DNA of 64,000 nt from assembly GCA_965248695.1 (NCBI GenBank), contig CBDFKD010000002.1, forward strand, positions 384,001-448,000, written 5' to 3'. Positions 18,726 to 28,779 of this stretch are shown here, piece after piece. A program made the translations under genes and the position numbers. Positions within the stretch are counted from its first letter, which is position 1, and each line of letters begins with the position of its first letter. The notes under the pieces are model-generated. The model worked only from the letters and a program-made list of their open reading frames with translations, was not told the origin of the DNA and searched no databases. Source of the DNA: Acidobacteriota bacterium (lineage in GTDB: Bacteria; Acidobacteriota; UBA890; WLXD01).

Positions 18726-21700
18726 GTGGCTCTAGCCGCCACCACCACTGAGTCGGCAGCGGCCGTTGGCGCGGCCAGACCTCAGTTAGGGTCTCGGCTT
18801 CGTAGAGACGGCCATTCTTCATCACGTAGCGGATCGAAGTGCTGTTCTGCAGGTCCTCCAGCGGATTGAAGTCGAGTACCTGGAGATCGGCCAGCTTGCC
18901 GGCCTCCAGCGAACCGATATCTCCGGCCAGGCCGATGGCGTCGGCGCTGTCGAGCGTCGCCATGCGCAGAGCGTCGTGGTTGTCCATGCCACCGGAGGCC
19001 ATCATCCATAGTTCCCAGTGCGTCCCGAGGCCCTGGACCTCGCCGTGGGAGCCGAGCCCTGCCTTGCCGCCGGCCTCGACCCATTTGGCCAGTTGCTCGG
19101 CGTGCAACGGGTGCACGTATTGATCGTCACGGTAGAAGCGGGCGCTCTTCCACTTGTCGAGCTCATCGTGCGGTGTGAAGAACTTCAGCCGCTCGACCTG
19201 ATCGACGTCGGTATGGGTGAGGTAGTACTCACGCCCCGATGGACCGCCGTAGGCAACGATGAAGGTCGGCGTGTAGGTCAGGCCACTGAAGCTGCCCAGC
19301 TCGGTGACATCGCGGAAGAACGGGCTGATGGGCAACGAATGTTCCAGCCCCGCGTATCCGTCCTGCATGAGCGTCAGGTTCATGGTGAAGTTCGAGCCGC
19401 CCTCGGTGGTGGGGGTCAGCTCCAGCTCACGGGCCGCCATGATCACCCACTGGCGCACCTTCCGATCGCCGGCCATGTACTGCTTGATGGTCTGAGTATT
19501 GAAGTGATCGGAGTAGCGACGCAGCACGTCGCGAGCCTCGTCGAGGCTGCTGATGTCGTCGCTCCAGAAGACCCCGGGGCCGGTGGAATAGATACGCGGG
19601 CCGATGAGCTCACCGACCTCCATCAGATCGCCATAGGTAACGACGTCAGCCGACGAGGTTTGCGGGTCGCGCTGCGTCGTCACGCCGTAGGCCAGCTGCG
19701 CCAGGAACTGGGACACCTGCCCCCGGTGGAGCCCCCACGCAACCCAGGTATGAGCATGGATATCGACCAGTCCCGGAAGGATTGTCTTGCCGGACATGTC
19801 ACGCACGTCGGCGTCGGCCGGGTACTCCACGGCGCCGGACGGGCCGACAGCAACGATGCGATTGTCGGTAACCACGATGTCGCCGGATTCGATGACCTCG
19901 TCGCCGCGCATGGTGATGAGGCGGGCGCCACTGAGCACTACGGTCCCCCGCGGCTTGTCCTTGGCGACGCGGATCTCGACATCGACCCGGTGCGCCTCGT
20001 ACTCCGGGCGATCGTCGTCGCCGTCTTCCTCCTCGGCGTCGTCGGCGTCCGCCCCGGTCGATTCATCGCCCACCGAGCCAGGATCCCCGCCGGCGCCCGG
20101 ATCTTCGTCCGAGTCGTCGTCGGCGTCCGGCGCCGCGTCGTTCTCCCCTGGCGGCTCTTCCGTCGCCTCGCCCTCGTCCGCTTCCGCCGCCTCCTTCTCC
20201 GCCAGCTCGGCGGCCTCGGCCACCGCCTCCGACATGGCCAGGTCGTAGCGGAAGAAGCTACGCCCGATCGAGTAGTAGGCCACCGCCCCGTCCTTGCTCC
20301 AGCCGACGAAATCCCCGCCAATCCGGGTCAACCGCCAGGTCGGCACAACCGAGGATTCCGCCACGGAAACCGACGGCGCCTCGCCGCCCACCGGCGGCAC
20401 GGTGATCATGTGCACGTTGCGGTTCACGCGCACCAGCGCGCGCTTGCCGTCCGGTGCGATCAGCACCTCGTCGGGCGTTGGGGCACCACCACGGGGTCCG
20501 CCCGGCGAAGGCGCCGTCACCTTGACGATCGTCTTGACGTCGGTGCCGTCGTAGCGCATCGACAGCAGGCCCTCGGAGCCGGCCCAGACGTACACGCGAT
20601 CCGGATCGGGGCCGGTATGCGGGGCGTTGCGGCCCTGTTGGGTAGCACCAGTGCCCACCCAGGTGATGCGCGTCGGCTCGCCACCGCCTGAGGGAAGCCA
20701 GACGTACTCGAGCTCCGCGGCGCCGCCGTGACCGCCGAAGTCCTCCAGTATGCGCATACGGTGCATCTTGGAGCCGCGTACGGCCAGCAGCCGCTCGCCG
20801 TCGCGCGAGTAGCTCACCTTGTCGAAGAAGGCCGACGTCGGCGTGAGCCGCTGCGGGCTGCCGGAGCCGTCGGCACGAACACGGTAGATATTGCCGCCGT
20901 CCGTGTCGTTCCAGGTGACGTAGGCGATGTACTGCCCATCCGGCGACCACGCCGGCGCGTGCTCCACGTCGCTCGAGGAGGTCAACCGCACCGCTTCGGT
21001 GATGGTCGGATGATCCGGTGCGACTCCCGCGTCGTCATCCTGGGCGGCGGTGGTCATCACAACTTCGGGATCGCTTGGACGTTGCGGTAGATCACCGACC
21101 CACAGGCGGTCGAGCGCCGCGAACACCACCCGCGTCTCGTCCGGCGACGGCCTCGCACCGCGGATCTGCGACACCGTCAGCGTCTCATCGTCGATCGGAT
21201 AGTCGAACTTCACCAAGGGTCCGAGCTCCTGGCTCACCTCGGCGGTGAACGGAACCGGCGTCACCTCGCCCGACGGCACCTCGACGCGCCAGATCTTGCC
21301 GTCGAAGCTGGTGATCAGCGCGCTGGAGTCCGACGTGAACGCGGAGCCCGGGTACACGTCGCGGTCGCGCGTGCCACCGCCCTGGCTATCGTCGCGCTGC
21401 ACGTCCATCAGCAGCCAGCGGTCCTCTCCGGTCGACAGGTCGCGCAACTTCAGCGCCTCGCGCGCGTCGTGGCGGGTGGCGTATACGAGCCAGCGGCCGT
21501 CGGGGCTGGCGACCGGACGAAAGGCACCCTCGAGCTCGTGGGTGCGAACGTGGATCCGTCCCGTCTCGCGGTCGAGCTGGGCAATCTGGTACGGCCCCAC
21601 GAGGCGGGCAGAGCTGCGATCGCCGTGATCGGGGCCGAACTCCGGCTGCCCGATCTCCGGTGCCCCGCTTTGGTTCGTGGTCGCGAACCCGCCGCCGAGA

Positions 21701-22338
21701 CTGCCGCGCAGGTTCACCCACAGGAAGCGCGGATCGTTCGACGGTGCGGCGCCGAAGTGGGCCCGCTGCGAGCCGGCGTCCTCGTCGGTGCCCGTGATCT
21801 GCAGCCCTGAGCCCCCGTCGACGTGGTAGATCCACAGCTGCGGGCCCTTGGACGCGATCACATAGTCACCGTCCGGCGACCAGATCGGCGACAGGTAGCT
21901 TTCCTTCTCGCCCGAGGTCAGAGCCTCGGCCTGGCTGCCGTCCGACTGGGCGATCCAGAGGTTCTCGGAGCCATTGCGGTCGCTCACGAAGACCAGCTGT
22001 GAGCCGTCGGGCGAGAACCGCGGCTGCATGTCGTACGCCTGGCCACTGGTAATCCGCGTTGCCGCCCCGCCCTCCACCGGAAGCGTGTACAGATCTCCCA
22101 GTAGCTCGAACACGATCGTGCTGCCATCCGGCGACAGGTCAAGCGAGATCCAGGTGCCCTCATCGGTGGTGAACTCGAGGGTGCGGGTGGTGATCAGCGG
22201 GAGCCCCTCCGAGTCCTTGGCTGTCGAGGCAGACTCGTCGTTCTCGGCGGGCGTCTGGGCGATGACCGGTAACGACAGAGCCAAGAACAACGTAAGCGTC
22301 GAGACGACTCCACGGCGGCGCAATGACGAGCTTTTCAT
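18301..22338 (-). CDS. Secreted PD40/TolB-repeat amidohydrolase; native stop lost, reads through into the oxidoreductase remnant out of frame
   Basis: SPDG repeats, PGLVDIHAH, GLEHS, GSLEAGKLADL, YVMKNG; plausible sequence ends near 18725 (WWRLEPP). Confidence 0.85.
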   Translation of the reverse strand: MKSSSLRRRGVVSTLTLFLALSLPVIAQTPAENDESASTAKDSEGLPLITTRTLEFTTDEGTWISLDLSPDGSTIVFELLGDLYTLPVEGGAATRITSGQAYDMQPRFSPDGSQLVFVSDRNGSENLWIAQSDGSQAEALTSGEKESYLSPIWSPDGDYVIASKGPQLWIYHVDGGSGLQITGTDEDAGSQRAHFGAAPSNDPRFLWVNLRGSLGGGFATTNQSGAPEIGQPEFGPDHGDRSSARLVGPYQIAQLDRETGRIHVRTHELEGAFRPVASPDGRWLVYATRHDAREALKLRDLSTGEDRWLLMDVQRDDSQGGGTRDRDVYPGSAFTSDSSALITSFDGKIWRVEVPSGEVTPVPFTAEVSQELGPLVKFDYPIDDETLTVSQIRGARPSPDETRVVFAALDRLWVGDLPQRPSDPEVVMTTAAQDDDAGVAPDHPTITEAVRLTSSSDVEHAPAWSPDGQYIAYVTWNDTDGGNIYRVRADGSGSPQRLTPTSAFFDKVSYSRDGERLLAVRGSKMHRMRILEDFGGHGGAAELEYVWLPSGGGEPTRITWVGTGATQQGRNAPHTGPDPDRVYVWAGSEGLLSMRYDGTDVKTIVKVTAPSPGGPRGGAPTPDEVLIAPDGKRALVRVNRNVHMITVPPVGGEAPSVSVAESSVVPTWRLTRIGGDFVGWSKDGAVAYYSIGRSFFRYDLAMSEAVAEAAELAEKEAAEADEGEATEEPPGENDAAPDADDDSDEDPGAGGDPGSVGDESTGADADDAEEEDGDDDRPEYEAHRVDVEIRVAKDKPRGTVVLSGARLITMRGDEVIESGDIVVTDNRIVAVGPSGAVEYPADADVRDMSGKTILPGLVDIHAHTWVAWGLHRGQVSQFLAQLAYGVTTQRDPQTSSADVVTYGDLMEVGELIGPRIYSTGPGVFWSDDISSLDEARDVLRRYSDHFNTQTIKQYMAGDRKVRQWVIMAARELELTPTTEGGSNFTMNLTLMQDGYAGLEHSLPISPFFRDVTELGSFSGLTYTPTFIVAYGGPSGREYYLTHTDVDQVERLKFFTPHDELDKWKSARFYRDDQYVHPLHAEQLAKWVEAGGKAGLGSHGEVQGLGTHWELWMMASGGMDNHDALRMATLDSADAIGLAGDIGSLEAGKLADLQVLDFNPLEDLQNSTSIRYVMKNGRLYEAETLTEVWPRQRPLPTQWWWRLEPPDVRGWRARQDPVHAGVPSARHGRLARVLGAHDSDALRHPRGVAGSRPGRWARRVCLVRRLGDYRAATCRQVWQPLRRGVVPYQDQGLRYRRPCLALSIRHGAAVSGVVRCLRLQEVVRVGSRGGRITRAAHGEATGVRDH

Positions 22339-22475
22339 CGGTCTCCTGCAGGCTGGGGCGAGCCATGACAAACGTTGCCCCGCGCGAGTGGCAGGGGTAC
22401 GCTGCGTCGGCAACGGATCGGCTCACCAGGCTCTGAATCGCGCAGCCGAGTCTACATCGGGCGGAACGCTTCCCC

Positions 22476-25154
22476 ATGTCGCTCCAGCCAGGCACCGAGC
22501 TCAACCAGTACCGCATCGCCGACAAGCTCGGCGAGGGCGGCATGGGCCAGGTGTACCGCGCCGAGGACACGCGCCTGCGTCGCGACGTTGCCGTCAAGTT
22601 GCTTCCACCCGAGCTTCTCCAGGATGCCGAGCGGCGAGCGCGACTCGAGCGCGAGGCGCAGGTGCTCGCGTCGCTCAATCATCCACATGTGGCGGCGATC
22701 TATGGCCTCGAAGAGGCCACCGACAGTGACGGAGCCGCGTCCAGCTTCCTGGTCATGGAGCTCGTCGAGGGAATGTCGCTGGCGGACCGTATCGCCGAGG
22801 GCCCGATTCCACCCGAGCGCGCCATTCCCATCGCCCGCGGCATCGCCCTGGGCCTCGAGGCAGCGCATGAGAAGGGCATCGTGCACCGCGACCTGAAGCC
22901 CGCCAACGTCATGCTCGACGCCGACAGCAACGCCAAGGTGCTCGACTTCGGCCTCGCCAAGGCGATCGAGGGCGAGCCCGGGTCTGCCGGCTTGAACGAC
23001 CTGTCTGCGTCACCCACGATCATGGGTACCCAGGCTGGCGTCATCCTCGGGACGGCGTCGTACATGGCCCCGGAGCAGGCACGCGGCAAGACGGTCGACA
23101 AGCGCGCCGATATCTGGGCCTTTGGTTGCGTGCTCTACGAGATGCTCGGCGGCCGCAAGCCGTTCGACGGCGAGACGGCGACCGACATCATCGCCGCGAT
23201 CGTCCGCGCCGAGCCCGACGTCAACAAGCTCCCCGCCGGAACGCCGCCTCGGCTACGCGAGCTCGTCCGCCGCTGCCTGGTGAAGGATCCGCGCGAGCGA
23301 CTGCGCGATATCGGCGATGCGCGCATCGAGCTGGAGCGTGCCTTCGACGAGCCGCTGGGGGCAGTGACCGCACCTTCGTCTGCCACCAGAGCCAGCTCCA
23401 GCTGGCTAGCCGCGGCGCTCGTCGGCGGTATCGCGCTCGGCGCCACCGGCGCCCTCCTGACTCGGCCCACACCCGTTCGCGCACCCGTTCGACACGCCCT
23501 CCTGGGCACCGAAGACGTCTTGCCGATCACGTTGACCGTGTCGCCGGACGGTCGATACGTCGTCTACTCGATCGGCACAGCGGCCTGGCTCCGCTCCATG
23601 GCCGACGGCACCGACTCGCCGCTCGAGATCCGCACCAACGGGCCTTCGATGGCGTTCGGGCCCGACGGGTTCCTGTACTTCGTCGAGGCGGCCACCGCGC
23701 TACGCCGTATGGACGTTCAGGCACGGGCCCCAGTAACAGTCGCCGAGAACGGCGGCAGCGTGTGGTTCAGCCCGGTGGTCGCGAGTGAGGGAACGGTCTA
23801 TATCGCGCGCTCAGTCAGTAACGGCACCCCTCCGATCGCGATCGACTCCATCGACATCGCGACCGGCAGGGTGACCGAAGTGGCGACCTGGGACTCTACG
23901 GAGCATTTCTTTATCCCGACGCATGCGATTCCGGGAGGGGAGGCTCTTCTGGGAGTGTCAACGACGGGCATAGCTCGGGCGCCGCAACCGGACGACCTTC
24001 AAGTGGCGCGCCTTGACCTCGACAACGGCTCGCTGACGGTGATCGCCAACGGTTTCGGCTGGCCTTCGCTCATCGACGACCGGACCATGGTCATGACCGA
24101 TTCGGAAGGACGACTGGTTTCCGTCGAGGTCGACCCGACCACCCTGGAAATGGTCGGGGTGCCGCGCCCGCGCATCGAGGGGCTCGCCTCGCTGGCGTTC
24201 TTCACAGCCTACTCCGTCGCCGCAGACGGCAGCCTGTTCTACGTCGGCGGCGACACGGTGCAGGCCGAGGAACGCATGCTCTACTGGGTCGATCGGCAGG
24301 GGCGTCCGAGCGAGGTCAGCGACAAGGTCTCCTTCTACGACAGCGATTCGACCATCTCCCCGGACGGACGCTACCTTGCCCTGGAACGCTCCGACGTCCA
24401 GACGGTGCTGATCTGGGTCCATGACCTCCAGCGCGATACCCAGGCACTGGTGTGGCCCGACGAAACGAGCTCCTTCCCGGTCTGGTCCCCGGACAGCACA
24501 CAGCTGGCCGTGCGTCTGGTACCGGCTGACGGCCCGGAAGGGATCTTTCTCATGAGTGTGGATCGGAGCGCGCCGCCAGAGCGTGTGACCTCGGCGGAAG
24601 CAGGCCGGTTCCACCTACCCATGGACTGGTCGGCAACCGGCACCCTCGTCTACGTGGACTCCGACAACCCTTTCCGCGCCGCTGGCTCGGACAGCAATCT
24701 CTGGCTCGTCCGGCCAGGCAGTGAGGCTGAGCCCGAGCCCTTCCTGGCGTCGGACGTCTTCGAGGTAGAAGCGCGGTTCTCACCCGATGGCCGCTGGCTT
24801 GCCTATGCCTCGGACCACAGCGGCACGACCGAGGTCTATGTTCGTGCCGCGGATGGCAGCGGCGGCGAAACGCCGATCTCTACCGACGGCGGCACCCGAC
24901 CGAGCTGGAACCCCGCTGGCGGCGAGCTATTCTACAATAGTGGCCGTCGGATGGTGGTGGTCGAGGTGGAGACCGGCGACAGGTTCACTGCGGGCATCCC
25001 GCAGGAACTGTTCGTGTTGCCGGAAGGCCACTTCGCCAACCTGGTGGAGCCGGACCGTACCGGACAGCGCTTCCTGACGATCAAGCCGCTGGCCGCCGGC
25101 CAGGTGACCCAGTTGCGCGCCGTGTTCAACTGGACGCAGACGCTGGAGCAATAG
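22476..25154 (+). CDS. Hanks-type Ser/Thr kinase with TM helix and PD40/TolB beta-propeller
   Basis: GEGGMG, VAVK, HRDLKPAN, DFG, APE; SPDG repeats. Confidence 0.93.
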   Translation: MSLQPGTELNQYRIADKLGEGGMGQVYRAEDTRLRRDVAVKLLPPELLQDAERRARLEREAQVLASLNHPHVAAIYGLEEATDSDGAASSFLVMELVEGMSLADRIAEGPIPPERAIPIARGIALGLEAAHEKGIVHRDLKPANVMLDADSNAKVLDFGLAKAIEGEPGSAGLNDLSASPTIMGTQAGVILGTASYMAPEQARGKTVDKRADIWAFGCVLYEMLGGRKPFDGETATDIIAAIVRAEPDVNKLPAGTPPRLRELVRRCLVKDPRERLRDIGDARIELERAFDEPLGAVTAPSSATRASSSWLAAALVGGIALGATGALLTRPTPVRAPVRHALLGTEDVLPITLTVSPDGRYVVYSIGTAAWLRSMADGTDSPLEIRTNGPSMAFGPDGFLYFVEAATALRRMDVQARAPVTVAENGGSVWFSPVVASEGTVYIARSVSNGTPPIAIDSIDIATGRVTEVATWDSTEHFFIPTHAIPGGEALLGVSTTGIARAPQPDDLQVARLDLDNGSLTVIANGFGWPSLIDDRTMVMTDSEGRLVSVEVDPTTLEMVGVPRPRIEGLASLAFFTAYSVAADGSLFYVGGDTVQAEERMLYWVDRQGRPSEVSDKVSFYDSDSTISPDGRYLALERSDVQTVLIWVHDLQRDTQALVWPDETSSFPVWSPDSTQLAVRLVPADGPEGIFLMSVDRSAPPERVTSAEAGRFHLPMDWSATGTLVYVDSDNPFRAAGSDSNLWLVRPGSEAEPEPFLASDVFEVEARFSPDGRWLAYASDHSGTTEVYVRAADGSGGETPISTDGGTRPSWNPAGGELFYNSGRRMVVVEVETGDRFTAGIPQELFVLPEGHFANLVEPDRTGQRFLTIKPLAAGQVTQLRAVFNWTQTLEQ

Positions 25155-25176
25155 TCCCAACGCCGGAGAGCGCAGC

Positions 25177-25707
25177 ATGAACGAGGAGCCCGATCATAGC
25201 GACGGCGCGGTGGCGAGCGCGACAGTGGGCGGCAAAACGAACGACAACGACGGCGCCGCCGTTCGCATTCCACCGCCAATGATCTACCTGGCGGGCGTAA
25301 TCGTCGGCGGTCTGCTCCACGCCTACGTCATGGCGGTACCACTGACGCTCGAGTTCGGCCCCCGGCTAGCGGTCTCGCTGACCTTCGTGCTGCTGGCGAT
25401 CACGTTGATGGCCGGCGCCTTCGGCCTGTTCAAGCGTACCGGGCAAGACCCGAAGCCATGGCTGCCGACGCCCGAGATCATCTCCACTGGCGTGTACCGC
25501 TTCACCCGCAACCCGATGTACTTGGGACTGGCGATGATGCAGGTCGGGATCGGCATCGGACTGGAGAACGGCTGGATCGTGGCCCTGCTGTTGCCAGTTC
25601 TCCTCCTCATCTACGGGACCGCGATCCGCCACGAGGAGGCCTACCTGGAGGACAAGTTCGGCGACACCTACCTGCAGTACAAGCGGTCGGTGCGTCGCTG
25701 GCTGTAG
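25177..25707 (+). CDS. Isoprenylcysteine carboxylmethyltransferase/PEMT-family protein
   Basis: IPPP, TGVYRFTRNPMYLG, EEAYLEDKFG, VRRWL. Confidence 0.88.
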   Translation: MNEEPDHSDGAVASATVGGKTNDNDGAAVRIPPPMIYLAGVIVGGLLHAYVMAVPLTLEFGPRLAVSLTFVLLAITLMAGAFGLFKRTGQDPKPWLPTPEIISTGVYRFTRNPMYLGLAMMQVGIGIGLENGWIVALLLPVLLLIYGTAIRHEEAYLEDKFGDTYLQYKRSVRRWL

Positions 25708-25741
25708 CGTCGGAAGCGACCAGCGTTGCTCCGAGCAGGGC

Positions 25742-26530
25742 TCAGCGCGTGATGCCTTGTTCCGCGAAGAACCGCAGTACGTCGGGCCATGGGCGCGGGC
25801 AGTCATTGTGTCCGCAGGACATGCTGACCAGCGTCGTCCCCGCGGCCCTTGCGAGCTGCTCACCGTGCGCGTGCGGAATCACCTGGTCACGTTCGCCGTG
25901 CAGGACGAGCGTTGGCGCGGAATGCTCTGCCACAGCCGCCAGGTTGTCGAACGGATCGAGCACCAGGACACGGGGTAGATACCAGGGCGCCACCGCCGCC
26001 ACGCTGGTGAATGTCGACTCCAGCACCAACCCGGCAAGTGGGCGCTCGGTACTGAGCGCGCAGGCAGCACCACCGCCCAGCGAACGTCCGTGGGCAACGA
26101 TGCGGTCGGCGTCCACAGCGGGGTGCTGGCTGAGGAAGTCGTAGGCCCCGACCATCGTGGCGGTGATCGACTCCTGGGTCGGTCTTCCTCCTGAGCGACC
26201 GTAGCTCGGATACTCGACAAGCAACACCCCGATTCCGGCCGCCGTGAGATCGGCAAACGGCGCTACCCAGTAGTCGATGAGCTCGCCGTTGCCGTGCGCA
26301 AAGATGACCACAGGGTACGGCTCAGCTGCGACGGCGGACGGCAAGAGCCAGGCCTCGACGTTGTCCGCGTCCCCGAGCCACACTGTCTCGGCCCCGACCG
26401 GCAGCTGCGTGCGGGCTGCCGGCAACGCCGGCCTCGGGTACATGACGCGTCGCTGCAGGCCAAGCATGGCAGCGAGGAAACCGACGCCCAGTAGCGCGAC
26501 GGGGAGGAAGCTACTCAACAGCGTTCGCAA
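25742..26530 (-). CDS. Alpha/beta hydrolase (ABHD17/Bem46-like)
   Basis: HGNGE, GRSLGG, HGERD, GHND. Confidence 0.88.
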   Translation of the reverse strand: MRTLLSSFLPVALLGVGFLAAMLGLQRRVMYPRPALPAARTQLPVGAETVWLGDADNVEAWLLPSAVAAEPYPVVIFAHGNGELIDYWVAPFADLTAAGIGVLLVEYPSYGRSGGRPTQESITATMVGAYDFLSQHPAVDADRIVAHGRSLGGGAACALSTERPLAGLVLESTFTSVAAVAPWYLPRVLVLDPFDNLAAVAEHSAPTLVLHGERDQVIPHAHGEQLARAAGTTLVSMSCGHNDCPRPWPDVLRFFAEQGITR

Positions 26531-26587
26531 GACTCGTCACCGCCAATCGGTCTCCTTTGCTCGGGGAGGTAAAGCCACACCCGAGCC

Positions 26588-26952
26588 CTAGCAGGCCGTG
26601 GTGAAAGTGTGGTGGGTCTGGTTACGGCGAGTTGGGGCCAGATGCAAGGCGGCCTGACGCACACGATGCCCTAGCAGGCCATGGTGGAAGTGTGGCGGGC
26701 CTGGTTGCGACGAGTTGGGGCCAGATGCAAGGCGACCTGACGCAGACGATGCACTAGCCATCGTCGAGGAGGGCCAACGCCGCAGATGGCCCCAAATCGC
26801 CGCAACCCTTCGGGCGACTGGGGGTTGCGCGCGGATGCTGCTGCGTCGTTTGTCGTCAACGATGGGGTGACCATCGCCTCCTCCTCTCTCCTGGCCTGCG
26901 CCTCGCAAAACCCTGTCGCCAGACCCACCACTCTTTCACCACGGCCTGCTAG
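26588..26952. mobile_element. CTAG-flanked MITE, composite copy (extra 83-bp left end + 282-bp unit)
   Basis: Ends CTAGCAGGCCGTGGTG / CACCACGGCCTGCTAG; second left end at 26671; homologous to 38085-38363. Confidence 0.85.
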
Positions 26953-27767
26953 AGGTCGCCCGCGAAGAACTCCAACTGGAAGCTCTCAGCGTACCTGGCG
27001 TCGCACGCTAGTTGCGCGGCGATCTCTGCATTCAGCTGCAATATCCGATCATCGAGGCCGCTGCCGCGCTGTTGCAGATTGCGGGTGTGCTGCGAGCGAT
27101 GGAAACGCAGCATCTCCCGCTTCCACTGTGCGGCCTTTTGGCCGAACGGCATGTAGGCGTCGAGGCGCATCTCGACCGTCTTGGGATCGCTCTGGTACAT
27201 CGCCAGCAGCGGGATTGGCGCAGACTTGGCTATGTCGCGGAACGCTGCGTAGGTGCGGCGGTGTCCGGCGTTCGTGTCGTCGCCATAGGGAAGCGTCACG
27301 ATATCGGGTGCCGCCGTGCCGATTAGCCGGGCCACTGCAGCCCGGGCGTTATCGTCGATCCGGAGCTCTCCATCGTCCTGCACCGGCAGGCGAAGAAACG
27401 TCGCTTTGCTGGCGGGGAGCTCGAAGAAGCTCAGCGCGTCGAGCTGTTCGGCCTCGCGCACCTGCACTTTTCGCGCGTCGGTCACCGGGGTCACGAAAGA
27501 GTCCAGCACGCCGGACGCGCCACCGGTAAGCACCGCCAGCGTAATGTCGGCTCCATTCTCCGAAAAGTGCCTCAGCGTGACCGCCACTTCGTCGAAGTCG
27601 TCTGGGTGCGGGGCCAGTACCAATAGCCTCAGCATTTCCGGCACCGGCAGGTCGGGCAGCGACGCGGGCTGAGCCGATGGCTCCGCTAGCCGCGAGAGAA
27701 ACGCCATGGTGGCGGCCGTGCGCGAGCTCGACTCGGGCGCCGAACGCGATGTCGGATCCGCGATCAC
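26949..27767 (-). CDS. PIG-L/LmbE-family deacetylase
   Basis: LAPHPDD, REAEQ, HRSQ, YAESF; GTGA overlap with upstream gene. Confidence 0.8.
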   Translation of the reverse strand: MIADPTSRSAPESSSRTAATMAFLSRLAEPSAQPASLPDLPVPEMLRLLVLAPHPDDFDEVAVTLRHFSENGADITLAVLTGGASGVLDSFVTPVTDARKVQVREAEQLDALSFFELPASKATFLRLPVQDDGELRIDDNARAAVARLIGTAAPDIVTLPYGDDTNAGHRRTYAAFRDIAKSAPIPLLAMYQSDPKTVEMRLDAYMPFGQKAAQWKREMLRFHRSQHTRNLQQRGSGLDDRILQLNAEIAAQLACDARYAESFQLEFFAGDL

Positions 27768-28546
27768 GCCGCCCAGTTCTGCGGCCGCACGAACAGTAGC
27801 TGGTCCTCGTCAGAGAGATCGGGGCGGAACTCGTACCCCTCCTCGGCGAAGTCCTCGAGTCCTGCCGGGCGATCGATTCGGTTCTTCACCACGAAGCGAG
27901 CCATCAAGCCGCGCGCGCGCTTGGCTGAGAAGCTGATCGTCTTGATCTGCCCGTCGCGGATCTCCTTGAACAGCGCTGTCACCAGCGGCGGCTTCAACTC
28001 CTTCGCCCGCACCCCTTTGAAGTACTCGTTCGATGCCAGGTTCAGAATCGCCTTGACGGGCCGCTCTTCATGCTCGGCATTGAGAGCCTCGGTCAGGCGA
28101 CCGCCCCAGAACTCATAGAGGTTCTTGCCGCGCATGTTGTCCAGTCGAGTGCCCATCTCGAGACGATACGGCTGGATCAAATCAAGCGGTCGCAGCAACC
28201 CGTAGAACCCCGACAGAATCCGCAGCCGACGCTGCGCCGAGGTGAGGTCGCGCTTCGTCAGGCTGGCCGCGGCCAGCCCGCGATACACGTCCCCACCGAA
28301 CGCCAGCAGGCACGGCTTGGAGTTGTCGGCGGTGAACGGCAGCGTCATCTCGTGGAACCGCTGCCGGTTGAGCTCGGCGAGCGGCTGGCTGAGCTTCATC
28401 AGCTTGCGCAACTCCGCAACGCTCAGCTTGCGACAGCGTTTGAGCAACACCTCGATGTCCTGCTCGAAGCGGGGCTCGGATGTGCGTAGTCCCGAGGCGC
28501 GAAAGTCGAAGTCCATCGTCTTGGCGGGCGAAAGCAGGGTCAGCAT
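27764..28546 (-). CDS. yaaA: Peroxide stress protein YaaA (UPF0246)
   Basis: LSPAKT, ILSGFYGLLRPLDLIQPYRLEMG, NLASNEY, AKRARGLM. Confidence 0.93.
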   Translation of the reverse strand: MLTLLSPAKTMDFDFRASGLRTSEPRFEQDIEVLLKRCRKLSVAELRKLMKLSQPLAELNRQRFHEMTLPFTADNSKPCLLAFGGDVYRGLAAASLTKRDLTSAQRRLRILSGFYGLLRPLDLIQPYRLEMGTRLDNMRGKNLYEFWGGRLTEALNAEHEERPVKAILNLASNEYFKGVRAKELKPPLVTALFKEIRDGQIKTISFSAKRARGLMARFVVKNRIDRPAGLEDFAEEGYEFRPDLSDEDQLLFVRPQNWAA

Positions 28547-28779
28547 GGGTCACTCGAACCAGATCTTTGAGCCGCCGTCGGAGCGAACGGCAGGGCTGTT
28601 AGCGGTACCGTGATTCTACCTTCTACGGCACCTGAGTGGCCGCTGACCGACACAGCACCCCGAAGCTTGCGGCGGCGCGAGAGAACGGACTCGACGCATC
28701 GAACCTGCGTCGCCTTTGACACTGGTGCGGCAGCGGCCTACGTTGCCACGGCTGGCAACCGCAAACCATGGAGGGTGTC

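Noticed and set aside
26588-26760. CRISPR-like repeated units
   Set aside because: Only two ~83-bp homologous units with no unique spacers and no cas genes; explained by the MITE.
28547-28779. Guanidine riboswitch upstream of DUF1989
   Set aside because: A hairpin GTTGCCA-CGGC-TGGCAAC is present, but I saw no paired ACGR loops or ykkC consensus; an Infernal/Rfam scan would be needed.
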